A DNA stretch of 64,000 bases. Origin: Eledone cirrhosa. Taxonomy: Eukaryota. Below the pieces are notes generated by a model. The model saw nothing but the letters and a program-made list of their open reading frames with translations, did not search any database and had not been told where the DNA came from. This document shows, in pieces, positions 27,081 to 39,922 of this stretch (the first letter of the stretch is position 1; every line of letters begins with the position of its first letter). The stretch covers positions 371,256,001 through 371,320,000 of the forward strand of contig OZ024741.1 in NCBI GenBank assembly GCA_964016885.1, given 5' to 3'. The position numbers were made by a program, and so were the translations under genes.

Positions 27081-27082
<2 letters not shown>
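25658..27082 (+). mobile_element. 5'-truncated young RTE LINE (family 1)
   Basis: Open RT C-terminal frame nearly identical to the 2613-4065 copy; (TA)n on both sides; ends ~110 bp before an MTFMT exon. Confidence 0.93.
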
Positions 27083-27111
<29 letters not shown>

Positions 27112-27195
27112 TGAATGCATTGTTTATTTTTTTTGTTTTATTGTTGATCTTATTCTGATTATAACTTCATCAATCTTCAAATTTCTTTGCTGTAG

Positions 27196-27287
27196 CTCAT
27201 AAACCCACCACAAAGATGACATATATCAACTGGGCAGAACATACCTGTGATATGATTGATAGACAGTACAGAGCTTTCCATGAAAGG
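27196..27287 (+). CDS. MTFMT: MTFMT exon
   Basis: tgctgtag|CT CAT...AGG|gtaaga; (A)HKPTTKMTYINWAEHTCDMIDRQYRAFHER matches the I-x-W...I-x-R-x-x-RA motif; 92 nt. Confidence 0.92.
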
Positions 27288-27379
27288 GTAAGACTATATA
27301 TATTTATATCTATATATAAGACTTCTTTCTCTACACTGTCTGGATAATAGCTTATATATGTGAATATGGCTTGCTAAAT

Positions 27380-30300
27380 TGTTATTGATATTTATGGTAT
27401 TGATGTTGGTGGTGTTGATGGTGATGATAGTTTTGGTGTTGATGTTGATGGTATTAGTGGTGTTGATGGTGATGATGTTGATAGTGTTGTTGGTGTTGGT
27501 GTTGGTAGTGTTGATGATAGTAGTGTTTATGGTGTTGATGTTGTTGGTGATGGTGATAGTTTTGGTGTTGATGGTGTTGGTGATGATCTTGATGTTGATG
27601 TTGGTGTTGTTGGTGTTAGTGTTGATATTGGTAGTGTTGGTAGTGTTGGTAGTGTTGGTGTTGATGGTGGTGTTGTTAGTGTTGATATTGGTAGTGTTGG
27701 TAGTGTTGGTGTTGATGGTGGTGTTGTTGGTGTTAGTGTTGATATTGGTAGTGTTGGTAGTGTTGGTGTTGATGGTGGTGTTGTTAGTGTTGATATTGGT
27801 AGTGTTGATAGTGTTGGTGTTGATGGTGGTGTTGTTGGTGTTAGTGTTGATATTGGTAGTGTTGGTAGTGTTGGTAGTGTTGGTGGTGTTGATGGTGTTA
27901 GTATTGATATTGGTAGTGTTGGTAGTGTTGGTAGTGTTAGTGGTGTTGATGGTGTTGTTGGTGTTAGTGTTGATATTGGTATTGTTGATAGTGTTGGTAG
28001 TGTTGGTGTTGATGGTGGTGTTGTTGGTGTTAGTGTTGATATTGGTATTGTTGATAGTGTTGGTAGTGTTAGTGGTGTTGATGGTGTTAGTATTGATATT
28101 GGTAGTATTGATAGTGTTGGTAGTGTTAGTGGTGTTGATGGTGGTGTTGTTGGTGTTAGTGTTGATATTGGTATTGTTGATAGTGTTGGTAGTGTTAGTG
28201 GTGTTGATGGTGGTGTTGTTGGTGTTAGTGTTGATATTGGTATTGTTGATAGTGTTGGTAGTGTTAGTGGTGTTGATGGTGGTGTTGTTGGTGTTAGTGT
28301 TGATATTGGTATTGTTGATAGTGTTGGTAGTGTTAGTGGTGTTGATGGTGGTGTTGTTGGTGTTAGTGTTGATATTGGTATTGTTGATAGTGTTGGTAGT
28401 GTTAGTGGTGTTGATGGTGGTGTTGTTGGTGTTAGTGTTGATATTGGTATTGTTGATAGTGTTGGTAGTGTTGGTGTTGATGGTGGTGTTGTTGGTGTTA
28501 GTGTTGATATTGGTATTGTTGATAGTGTTGGTAGTGTTGGTGTTGATGGTGGTGTTGTTGGTGTTAGTGTTGATATTGGTAGTGTTGGTGTTGATGGTGG
28601 TGTTGTTGGTGTTAGTGTTGATATTGGTAGTGTTGGTAGTGTTGGTGTTGATGGTGGTGTTGTTGGTGTTAGTGTTGATATTGGTAGTGTTGGTGTTGAT
28701 GGTGGTGTTGTTGGTGTTAGTGTTGATATTGGTAGTGTTGGTAGTGTTGGTAGTGTTGGTGTTGATGGTGGTGTTGTTGGTGTTAGTGTTGATATTGGTA
28801 GTGTTGGTAGTGTTGGTAGTGTTGGTGTTGATGGTGGTGTTGTTGGTGTTAGTGTTGATATTGGTAGTGTTGGTAGTGTTGGTAGTGTTGGTGGTGTTGA
28901 TGGTGTTAGTATTGATATTGGTAGTGTTGGTAGTGTTGGTAGTGTTAGTGGTGTTGATGGTGTTGTTGGTGTTAGTGTTGATATTGGTATTGTTGATAGT
29001 GTTGGTAGTGTTGGTGTTGATGGTGGTGTTGTTGGTGTTAGTGTTGATATTGGTATTGTTGATAGTGTTGGTAGTGTTAGTGGTGTTGATGGTGTTAGTA
29101 TTGATATTGGTAGTGTTGATAGTGTTGGTAGTGTTAGTGGTGTTGATGGTGGTGTTGTTGGTGTTAGTGTTGATATTGGTATTGTTGATAGTGTTGGTAG
29201 TGTTAGTGGTGTTGATGGTGGTGTTGTTGGTGTTAGTGTTGATATTGGTATTGTTGATAGTGTTGGTAGTGTTAGTGGTGTTGATGGTGGTGTTGTTGGT
29301 GTTAGTGTTGATATTGGTATTGTTGATAGTGTTGGTAGTGTTGGTGTTGATGGTGGTGTTGTTGGTGTTAGTGTTGATATTGGTATTGTTGATAGTGTTG
29401 GTAGTGTTGGTGTTGATGGTGGTGTTGTTGGTGTTAGTGTTGATATTGGTAGTGTTGGTGTTGATGGTGGTGTTGTTGGTGTTAGTGTTGATATTGGTAG
29501 TGTTGGTAGTGTTGGTGTTGATGGTGGTGTTGTTGGTGTTAGTGTTGATATTGGTAGTGTTGGTGTTGATGGTGGTGTTGTTGGTGTTAGTGTTGATATT
29601 GGTAGTGTTGGTAGTGTTGGTAGTGTTGGTGTTGATGGTGGTGTTGTTGGTGTTAGTGTTGATATTGGTAGTGTTGGTAGTGTTGGTAGTGTTGGTGTTG
29701 ATGGTGGTGTTGTTGGTGTTAGTGTTGATATTGGTAGTGTTGGTAGTGTTGGTAGTGTTGGTGGTGTTGATGGTGTTAGTATTGATATTGGTAGTGTTGG
29801 TAGTGTTGGTAGTGTTAGTGGTGTTGATGGTGTTGTTGGTGTTAGTGTTGATATTGGTATTGTTGATAGTGTTGGTAGTGTTGGTGTTGATGGTGGTGTT
29901 GTTGGTGTTAGTGTTGATATTGGTATTGTTGATAGTGTTGGTAGTGTTAGTGGTGTTGATGGTGTTAGTATTGATATTGGTAGTGTTGATAGTGTTGGTA
30001 GTGTTAGTGGTGTTGATGGTGGTGTTGTTGGTGTTAGTGTTGATATTGGTATTGTTGATAGTGTTGGTAGTGTTAGTGGTGTTGATGGTGGTGTTGTTGG
30101 TGTTAGTGTTGATATTGGTATTGTTGATAGTGTTGGTAGTGTTAGTGGTGTTGATGGTGGTGTTGTTGGTGTTAGTGTTGATATTGGTATTGTTGATAGT
30201 GTTGGTAGTGTTAGTGGTGTTGATGGTGGTGTTGTTGGTGTTAGTGTTGATATTGGTATTGTTGATAGTGTTGGTAGTGTTGGTGTTGATGGTGGTGTTG

Positions 30301-30845
30301 TTGGTGTTAGTGTTGATATTGGTATTGTTGATAGTGTTGGTAGTGTTGGTGTTGATGGTGGTGTTGTTGGTGTTAGTGTTGATATTGGTATTGTTGATAG
30401 TGTTGGTAGTGTTGGTGTTGATGGTGGTGTTGTTGGTGTTAGTGTTGATATTGGTAGTGTTGGTGTTGATGGTGGTGTTGTTGGTGTTAGTGTTGATATT
30501 GGTAGTGTTGGTAGTGTTGGTAGTGTTGGTGTTGATGGTGGTGTTGTTGGTGTTAGTGTTGATATTGGTAGTGTTGGTGTTGATGGTGGTGTTGTTGGTG
30601 TTAGTGTTGATATTGGTAGTGTTGGTAGTGTTGGTAGTGTTGGTGTTGATGGTGGTGTTGTTGGTGTTAGTGTTTATATTGGTAGTGTTGGTAGTGTTGG
30701 TAGTGTTGGTGTTGATGGTGGTGTTGTTGGTGTTAGTGTTGATATTGGTAGTGTTGGTAGTTTTGGTGGTGTTGTTGGTGTTGGTGATAGTTTTGGTGTT
30801 GATGTTAGTGGTGTTGTTGATAGTGTTGGTGTTGATGGTAGTGTT
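27380..30845. repeat. 3.5-kb triplet-mosaic satellite (GTG/TTG/GTA/ATG/ATA/TTA)
   Basis: Almost C-free plus strand; subunits up to 69 bp and higher-order periods of 1008 and 870 bp. Confidence 0.95.
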
Positions 30846-30864
30846 GCTGCTGCTACAGGAATAA

Positions 30865-31700
30865 ATGTATGGCCCTAAGACATCCCTCCTCCTCTTCCCC
30901 CTATAGACGTCAAATCCCCTGAGAGTACATGGGATGCCATCCAGTGTGACATGGCCTTAGACAGGCTAGCACGCCAGCTTAACCAGCACCGCCTTGCATG
31001 TTTTCACTCGGCCTCGCAATCCCACAGTGGTGCCTGGCTCAATGTCTTAGCCCCCTTTTCGACTGGCACGCTGGACAATGATAGCCTGCGAATCGGTGTT
31101 TCTCTGAGGCTCAGCCTCCGGATTTGTGAGTCACACAAATGTTGTTGCGAATCCACCATAGACTTTTTCAGCCTCCACCTGTTGTCCTGTCGCTGCAGTG
31201 CTAGCCGCCTTCCATGCCATGCTGCTCTCAACGAGGTCATAAGGCATGGCTTGGGTGCTGCAAGTTTCCCCTCCCAGCTTGAGCGGGTGGGGCTGGATCG
31301 AGGGCAGCAAAAGGCCACACAGCATGACCATTCCCCATCCTGCAGTGATAAACCCCTCATCCGGGATGCCACATGCAGCAACACTTTCTCCAGTGGCAAC
31401 GTGGTGCAGTCAGTGATTATCCCAGGCTCTGCTTCACTTCGGGCTGAGGAGGGTTAACTCCAAATATCGGTCACTCTCTGACAGGTTTGTGGTTGAGCCC
31501 ATAGCAGTGGAGACTTCTGGTGTCCTTGGCCCTAGGACCACCTCCCTATTCACTACCATCGGTACAGAGTTGGCTACCAGCAGGTGTGAGCCTCACAAAC
31601 TGGAATGGCTCTTCCAGCATGTCTCCCACCCCGTCCTCCAGGGAAACGCCTTCTCTATTTTGTCCGCCGGCGTTGTGGGGCAGCTAGCAGGTGAGCCTCC
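30865..31700 (+). mobile_element. Degenerate CRE-like non-LTR retrotransposon 3' fragment (zinc finger + restriction-like endonuclease)
   Basis: HSGAWL...LRIGVSLRL...C-C...H.LSC...H.ALN.VI, then DATC, PIAVETSG..G, QGNA; frameshifted. Confidence 0.8.
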
Positions 31701-33298
31701 ATTTGCTTATAATAATGCGAGATGGGGAGAGCAGGGGAAATGGAGACAGTGACAGTGGGAGTTTGGTTCCATTGTGTTCGAATTACCACACCACATATAT
31801 AACTTGTTTTCAAATTAAAGGAGTGGTAGAGAAAACTTATCCAAACAATTCTGCTTCAAGTGTTCTAGTATGTATATAATGTTATGTTGTTTAACCCTTT
31901 AACATTTACACAATATATACTATATATTACACAATATATACTATTATATTTTTATGGTAAAGGCTTTATCTTACATAATTCTCTCACATAATATCAAATC
32001 TACGAGATTTTGATATCATTTATTTTGAGAACAATACTTTAGCGTCAGTATGAGCGGTCAGTTATGGCTTTGAACAGAAAGAAGTGAGAGAATTCTGGCC
32101 AGATACGGCCAGTTTAAATTCTAAAGGGATAAATATTAATTCGGTAAGTCTATCAGCTTTCCCTTAACATAATTGGTCAAATACTAAGTAGCCAGCAGCA
32201 GCTCCCACACCTTTCTTGGATAGTTTTCTGTTTTTTACATTTAATTAGATTTAATAAGGTGCGTGGCTTAGTGGTTAGAAAGTTGGATTCGCAATCATGA
32301 GGTTGCGAGTTCAATTCTTGGACCGAGTGATGCATTATGTCCTTGAGCAAGACACTTTATTTCACGTTGCTCTTTCTGCCAGGAGTTGCGACTGGTAGAT
32401 AGTATCAACAATGGAAAGACCTATGGAAACATTATTTCTTTGGTCCGATTTGATGAGGTCCACTTCACTCGGCAAGCGAATGAGGTCTGGGATCTTGTCG
32501 ATCGATTAGAGCAAGAGAGGTGGGGATTGGTTGGTCAATGTTTTAAGCCATTCCAGCTCATCTACCACTACCACTGTTACTAATCCCACCATCATCACCA
32601 CCACCAACAACAACGCCATCACCACCACAACCTCTACCACCACCTCTATCACTAACACTACCACCACCACTGCTGCTACCACCATCACCACTTAATACTG
32701 GTGTGTTTGTTGTTATTTTGTTCTAGGTTAGCCCTGATCAAGTAACATGTTCTAGCTCTAATTATCTTGTCTTTTTTTCTCAGACACAATGTAGTATTTA
32801 ACCCTTTTGGTTCCAAATTATCTGAAACTGGCCTTGGTTCCATCATATAAACCTGTTGTAATTTTATGTCAGAATATTTATTAAGTTATGTTCCAAACCT
32901 CCACTTAATAATTAGAAAGTTACTTATATTACTAAATCCCTCCAAATTATCAATGCTGCAAGTGTGTTGGCTTGCTTCAAAATTTATTAGAATGAGGATT
33001 TATGCCCCTTGTTATGGTGTGGTATTGAGTGTACACGTTTTCTCTTGCCCCCTTTATTTCATCATCATCATTCCTTATTATACCCCTTTACCGTTTTTTA
33101 GTAATGTATATATCAGCATAGTTTTATATGTTACAGAAATCATATATTGAACACAAATCCCGGTTGTTTTAGGGATCAAATATACATTTGTTTGATGCAT
33201 TTATAATTTTGTAATGTATGACCAGAATTTTCGTAAATTTGGATTATAAATGTAGGACTGCCCTGTGACTTATGACTCACCTTGAATATACACTAAGG

Positions 33299-33332
<34 letters not shown>

Positions 33333-33425
33333 TCATCATCATCATCACCGTTTTACGTCCGTTCTTCCACGCTAGCATGGGTTAGACGTGAAAGAACGGA
33401 CGTAAAACGGTGATGATGATGATGA

Positions 33426-33471
<46 letters not shown>

Positions 33472-34630
33472 CCATGCTAGCATAGAGGAGATTTTATGGT
33501 TTATCAGCTTTCTAAATGTTGTCATCTGATCTTTGATGTAAAGTACGCTGTTTAAAGGCATTTACATTATTCTATATTTGCTATTGTATTTTTGTGCTAA
33601 AGACTTTATCTCACATAATATCAAATCTACGAGATTTTGATGTCATTTATTTTGAGAACAATACTTGAACATCAGAATGAGTGGCCAGTTATGGCCAGTT
33701 TGAATAGAAAGAGGGAAGAGAATTCTGGCCGGATATGGCCGGTTTAAATGCTAAAGGCTTAAGATGGAAGGAAGATGAGTTGGGGCTGTTGTTATTTAGC
33801 CCTGATTCAGCAGATCTATAATGAAAGATATTGCAGGTACAACTGTCTTGTTTTTTATTCAGATATTATGCATCAAGGATATGACTGCATTCCGAAATGT
33901 GTCCTTTTTCTTTTTTTTTTTTTTAAACCCTTACTATTAGGGAAAATGGATGTTAAATGATGATGGTGATGTGATTTGAGAGGGATTTGGCTGGCATGCT
34001 GACTAATCCCATTATTGGTTTCTAATAAGGGTAAGGATATACCTCCCCGCCACAAGGAAAATTGGACATACTTCACAATATACTGCCAAGTGCAACTCAT
34101 TCTCTTTAAAGCTACCCCCATGACACATCACTTGCTCTTCCACAATGTTTATGCCACAACAAAAAGCACCCAGTCCATCTTTTAAGGTGATCATACTGAT
34201 GCCATGACAAAAATCACCAAGTCCACCAAGTTTATTGCACTGGCACCACAACAAAAAGCTCCCAGTTTACTCAGTAAACTAGTAGTGGTGCTACCATAAA
34301 AAACCTCCCAGTGCATGCTGTAAAATGGTTGACATTAGAAAACCAACCCCAAAATGGAATGTATGAGCAAGATGCAGTCACCTGTGACACCTCTCAGTGA
34401 CAATGCATCTGCAAGTATGGAAAATAGACGTTGGTGATGGTGATAACTAATATTTGGTGGGTTTGATTAAACTTAAAGGTAGTGAATATGCAGTGTTGTG
34501 GAGATGGAGATTACACTTTAATGATACCAACTTGTCTTAAAATGCTTCTGGTTCTATGAAACAAAACAGCTCATTTTAAAGGATTCCTATTTAAATCAAA
34601 ACAGTCCATCATAATTTTTATATAAGAATA

Positions 34631-35529
34631 CAGGGTGTATCAAAAAGAATCATCATCATGAAGCAGACTGAAAGACATGTTAAAATTATAAATAACTTTA
34701 TAAAAATTCATAAAAGTTATAAAAAAAGAATAAAACTTTATATTTAGACAGGGAAATTTGATAGAAGAAGTGGCAGTGATAGACACATTTTTCAAATGCA
34801 GGTAAGATCTATAGAGATGGTTGATAGCTTCCGATACCTAGGTGATCAGATTAGCAAGGGAAGAGGGTTCTCCGAGGCCATAGTGTCTAGAATAAGGATG
34901 GGTTGGAAGAAGTTTAGGGAGCTGCTTCCTCTGTTGACAAAGAAGGGTTTCCCCCTACGAACGAAAGGCTAGTTGTATGATGCCTGTTTGAGATATGCGA
35001 TGATGCATGGTAGTGAGACATGGGCAGCAACTGCAGAAGATATGTGACGGCTGGAGAGAAATGAAGCAAGCATGCTCCGATGTATGTGCAATGTCAATGC
35101 ACATGAATGACCAAGCATGGATGAGTTGAGAGAGAAACTGTGTATAAGAGGGATAAACTGTAGTGTGCAGGAGAGAAGACTGCGTAGGTATGGGCATGTG
35201 ATAGGCATGGAGGATGACTGCTGGGTAAAGAAGTGCCAAGAAATCCCAGTAGAAGGAAGATGCAGTAGAGGAAAACCACGAAAATCATGGGCGGGGGTGG
35301 TAAGAGCAAACCTCAGATCGCTGATGCTCACAGATGAAATGACGAAAGACCATGACGAATGGAGAGATGCTGTGCTGAAAAGGACCCGTCCCCCCCTTTA
35401 CAAGCAAGGAAAAGCAGACATAAAATGATGATGATGACATGTATTGCACAAGTTACCACATGATTATATGGTCGTTTGTTTAAAAAATATAGCCTTTTAA
35501 AATCAGATGATTCTTTTTGATACACCCTG
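34631..35529. mobile_element. Tc1/mariner-type MITE interrupted by an RTE fragment
   Basis: TA|CAGGGTGTATCAAAAAGAATCATC ... GATGATTCTTTTTGATACACCCTG|TA: perfect 24-bp TIR, TA duplication. Confidence 0.88.
34745..35437 (+). mobile_element. RTE family 2 3' fragment nested in the mariner MITE
   Basis: DSFRYLGDQI...LREKLCIRGI...GKPRKSW with stops; (GAT)n tail. Confidence 0.88.
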
Positions 35530-38122
35530 TATTTTGTTTTTATTACATTACAAATAGCATCTTAATAAAATTATATAATCTTAGAAAATCTTTCCAAAAT
35601 TCTTTATTAAATAGTTAAACTACAAAGTATTTGAAACAGAGGTGTTTACTAAGATAGGTCTCTAAGGGTTTAAAAGTCTGTCTCAAGCCCAGAGTCTGAT
35701 CAGGCCGGTGCTTACCCCAGTTTCTGTGGCATGAAGCAACTGAGAATACAAGACTCCCTCTGGACAGGACGCCAGCCTATCATAGAGTTAAACTCCCAGC
35801 TATTGCTGGTGCTTATTTTCAGCTGAGTATACTGGAGCAACGTGAAATGAAGTGTTTTGCTCAAGAACACAACTCACAATCCAGGACAGGAATCAAACCC
35901 ACGACATTACGATTGTAAGTTCAACACCTCTGTAAGGGTAATCTGCCCCATTTTCTCAACTATAACCTATAGTCATCAACAGTTATTAGAGTTATTTTCT
36001 GCATTTGGGACTGTCACATTTCCAAATTTCACACATTTTTTGCGTTTTGGTAATTTGTAAGGTTTACTTACATCTGGCTATTTCATTAAAAATATGGTAA
36101 AGAAAGGGTTAATTTCAGAAGTATCTTTTCATTACAGATTTTTCTCTACATCACCTGCTTTTGCATAACAGACAAGAAACGTGAGTGTGTGTGAGGGAGG
36201 GGCAAGAAGTGTATGTGTGTAAGTGGAGTGGGGGGATATAAATCAACAAGATATGTGTATGTGTGAGGGAGAGAGAGGGGGAAAGGGGCTTCATTCAGAC
36301 TTTCACTGTATTAAGAATGCAGTTAAGAGAGAGACATATTATCTTCTTGTTATAAGATGCCAGTCTATCACAATGCAGGATTTGACCTCAGCATTGCAAG
36401 CATGCAAAATACCCATCAGTTGTACAGTAACACTCTTGTTTACACATAGATGGCATCTGCATAGTAGAAGTATAAACAGACAGAATGGTGATGTAACCAT
36501 GGAATACCAAGACAGGAGGTGCCAAACATTACTGAGATTGATGCCTTTTTGCTTCATTCCAAAATGAATGAATCTTTAGAGATGTCAGTAAAGTATTTCA
36601 CATATTTCACATACTGTATATTTTAGCTGTTGTTGTTGTTTAACTCCAGGTCAGCCCTGCATGAGCAGACAAACCAATGATCAAAAGCATTCTAGCGATG
36701 ACCATCTCACCATTTATATTTTAAAAAAAAGTACTGGAATACATAATCCAATCTAGTTTTCCTTTTTTAAGATAGCAAGATGTAATATGATAGGACTGGC
36801 GCCCCTATCATTAAAACACTCAAGAGACCTTCCTATGAGATGCAACCTCATAAGAAGCCAACCAGACCTATATCAGTGTGAGTCAACAACAAATATGAGG
36901 GAGATCTTGCTGCTATTTCTAGTAGATCATATAACTGTCTACAGCTGTTAAACCCTCCCTCTCTTCCCTACAGGTTGAGGCCAGTGACAACTGTATGCTA
37001 AATCAACATTAGTGAAGATGGCTGAAGCAGTAGAATATTGGACTAGATCTCTCTCAATATTTAGATTTGTTCAATTCTGCTGAGTTCAAAACTCGCCTCA
37101 GTTCAACTTTTCTTTTCATGGTATTTTCGTTGGTTTTATATCTGTTTATTTTTCATGTTGGCATGAGTTGGATGAAGACCAGAGCTTATTCCAATTTTAT
37201 ATGATTTTGATACCAATCTGTCTGAAATCACTCATAGTTCTGTGATAATAAGTTGTTTATTCTAAAGTGTTTATCATCATCATCATTTAACGTCCATTTT
37301 CCCTGCTAACAAGATCACTCAGTACTCAAGTAAAGCCTCTGACCTCTAGGTTGGCCAGGGGCCTGACATATGATCTCAGGCTGTACAAAGTACATTATAT
37401 CGTGGCATCAACACTGTCATGCCTTTGAGACAGCAGAATAGTCCTCCCACCTCTTTGTTTGGTAGGTTTTCTACAGCTGGATGCCCTTCCTGCCATTTCA
37501 CAGAAAGTACTGGGTGATCATTTATATTATAGATTTCCTACAATAGGGAGGTTGTCATGTTTATAGTACAGATCAGAACCTTTGTCAAGTTAAGTTAAGT
37601 TCCTAACACCAGTCTAATAATAACAAAGTTAGTTGTATTACTAAATCCCTCCAAATTTTTGATTTTCAAAATTATGATCAAAGTTTGTCGCTGACCACAT
37701 CACTTTCACCCCAAATTCTTTTCCCTTTGCCAATATTATTATTATTCCCTTATGGATTGACAGAATCGGTAGAGAGATGTACAACATGCTCTGTGGCATA
37801 AAGCTAGGTCCCTTTACATTCTGAGTTCAAATGCCACCAAGGTTAACTTGGCCTTTTATCCTTACGGTATCGATAAAATAAAGTACCAGTAACGCACAGG
37901 GGTCAATTAAATCAACTTACCCCTCTCCCAAAATTGTTGGTTTTATGACTAAACCAGAAACCGTTTTATTCTTTTATTCTTACTTGTTTTAATCTTTGGT
38001 CTACAGTCATACTGGGACACTGCCTTGAAGATTCTTAATCAGATATATTAACACCCAGTACTATATATTGAATTTCATTGATGAGTATGATAATGGTGAT
38101 GATACTGATGATGTATTTTCAG

Positions 38123-38195
38123 GTCTATTTGAAAACTGTTTGGAATTCCAAAGATGTAAAATTATTAGACATGGTTGATATTGACACCTCAAAAC
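38123..38195 (+). CDS. MTFMT: MTFMT exon
   Basis: ttttcag|GTC...AAA C|gtaagt; VYLKTVWNSKDVKLLDMVDIDTSK resembles vertebrate LQTLW...IKLLDLV; 73 nt. Confidence 0.88.
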
Positions 38196-38432
38196 GTAAG
38201 TAAATGTGTCTGTTTTGGGTTATAGGCACACACACACACATATATATACGTATATATATACATACATTCATATATGTGTATATAGATATAAATATATATA
38301 TATATATATACATTCATATCATCATCATCGTTTAACGTCCATCTTGATTTACAGTATGGAACTGGGAACTTTTTACCGTGTTACCTACAGCGTGAACTGT
38401 GTGTTTTTTGTCGTGACACCAACATGATCATA

Positions 38433-38489
<57 letters not shown>

Positions 38490-38659
38490 GATATATATAT
38501 ATACTTATATATATATATATATAGATATATACGTTTCTCTCTCTCCATCTTTTTACTTACTCTTAACACTATGACTTACTAAAGTAAACAAACCACTATC
38601 CTGATGGCCTCCAAAAGCAACGGTCAATTTTTGTCTATTTATAAAACTGTTATATATTG

Positions 38660-38724
38660 TATTTTGTCTGATGAAGGCATACCATAATGTAACTTGGTAT
38701 CCTTGAAATATATATAATGAAATA
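38660..38724 (+). ncRNA. Minimal hammerhead ribozyme motif (sense strand of MTFMT intron)
   Basis: UAUUUUGU-CUGAUGA-AGG(c)AUACCA...UGGUAUCCU-u-GAAA-UAUAUA-UA-AUGAAAUA; stem I kept with two G-U pairs. Confidence 0.78.
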
Positions 38725-38763
38725 AATATGGTTTTATAAATATAGTTTCCATTTATTAATATC

Positions 38764-38799
<36 letters not shown>

Positions 38800-38949
38800 T
38801 AATATATAAATATTTGCTTTACGGTTCTTATATATTTAATATATATTTATCCTTATCGAGCCCTCTTTGGATTTTAGTCTTCAAATTTATTATTATTACT
38901 ATATATATATATATATAAATATATAAATATATATATATGATGATATATC

Positions 38950-39283
38950 ATCATTTCATCATTTCATTTTACGTCCGCTTTTCCCTCCTTGCAAGAGTGG
39001 GACGGGAACTGATTCTGGCTTGATTTCTAGAGCTGGATGTCCTTCCTAACACCAACCTCAGTTACAGTGAGTGCTGGGTGCTTTTTTGCCGTGGCACCTC
39101 CACGACCATTTTTGCAGTGGAATGATAGGGAATGATAGGGACCCCATCTCATTTCTACAGCTGAGTAAACTGGAGCAATGTGAAATAAAGTGTCTTGCTC
39201 AAGGAAACAACACATCACCCGGTCTGAGAATTGAACTCACAACATTTCGATTGCAAGGCCAATGCTCTAACCACTAAGCCATA
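38950..39283 (-). mobile_element. tRNA-derived SINE family B with RTE-derived 3' tail (copies 44597-44873, 45770-46050)
   Basis: Minus strand TGGCTTAGTGG (A box), GAGTTCAATTC (B box), ccttgagcaagacacttt core, tail cccgtcc...ttgcaag..gggaaaagcggacgtaaaatga shared with RTE family 2. Confidence 0.82.
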
Positions 39284-39302
39284 TACCTCTATATATATAC
39301 AT

Positions 39303-39393
<91 letters not shown>

Positions 39394-39866
39394 ATGAAGA
39401 GAGAAGAAACATTTAGATATAATTAGTAATAAAATGTATCATACCTAAACTGCTCCTAGATTCCTCGACTACGTAGTTTCGTGGCATAAACAAAAACAAT
39501 ACATCATAAAGATATAGAGTACTTGCGAGGTCTGCCGACTTATCAAGAGGATACCTCATTTTACTAGTCTCAAGAACGCGTCTACACGACGTGAGAAAGA
39601 ATCCCAAAAGGCGGAGGGGGAGATAGTCACGCGATATAACGGTCGAGAAACAGAGCTAAGCCTCTTATAATCCCGAAGAAAATACCACGGAGGCGGAGGG
39701 GGTATTTATATCGAAGCCGTAGAAGAGGTGGTGAAGGGGGCGAGAAGTATGAGTAATGGAATCTTTCCAACAGTCCCCACACTTCAAAGGTTGCTCGACC
39801 AGAGGGAGTTATTAACAATATATTTAGAAACACACAGATACATGCGGGGACACACATATACATGAA

Positions 39867-39917
<51 letters not shown>

Positions 39918-39922
<5 letters not shown>

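Noticed and set aside
27379-30864. 1161-aa Val/Leu/Ile/Met ORF
   Set aside because: Translation of an N-T-N triplet satellite inside an MTFMT intron; stop-free by composition, TTG start, no domain
32255-32330. Possible tRNA gene
   Set aside because: A and B boxes present but continues into a SINE core; no cloverleaf or terminator
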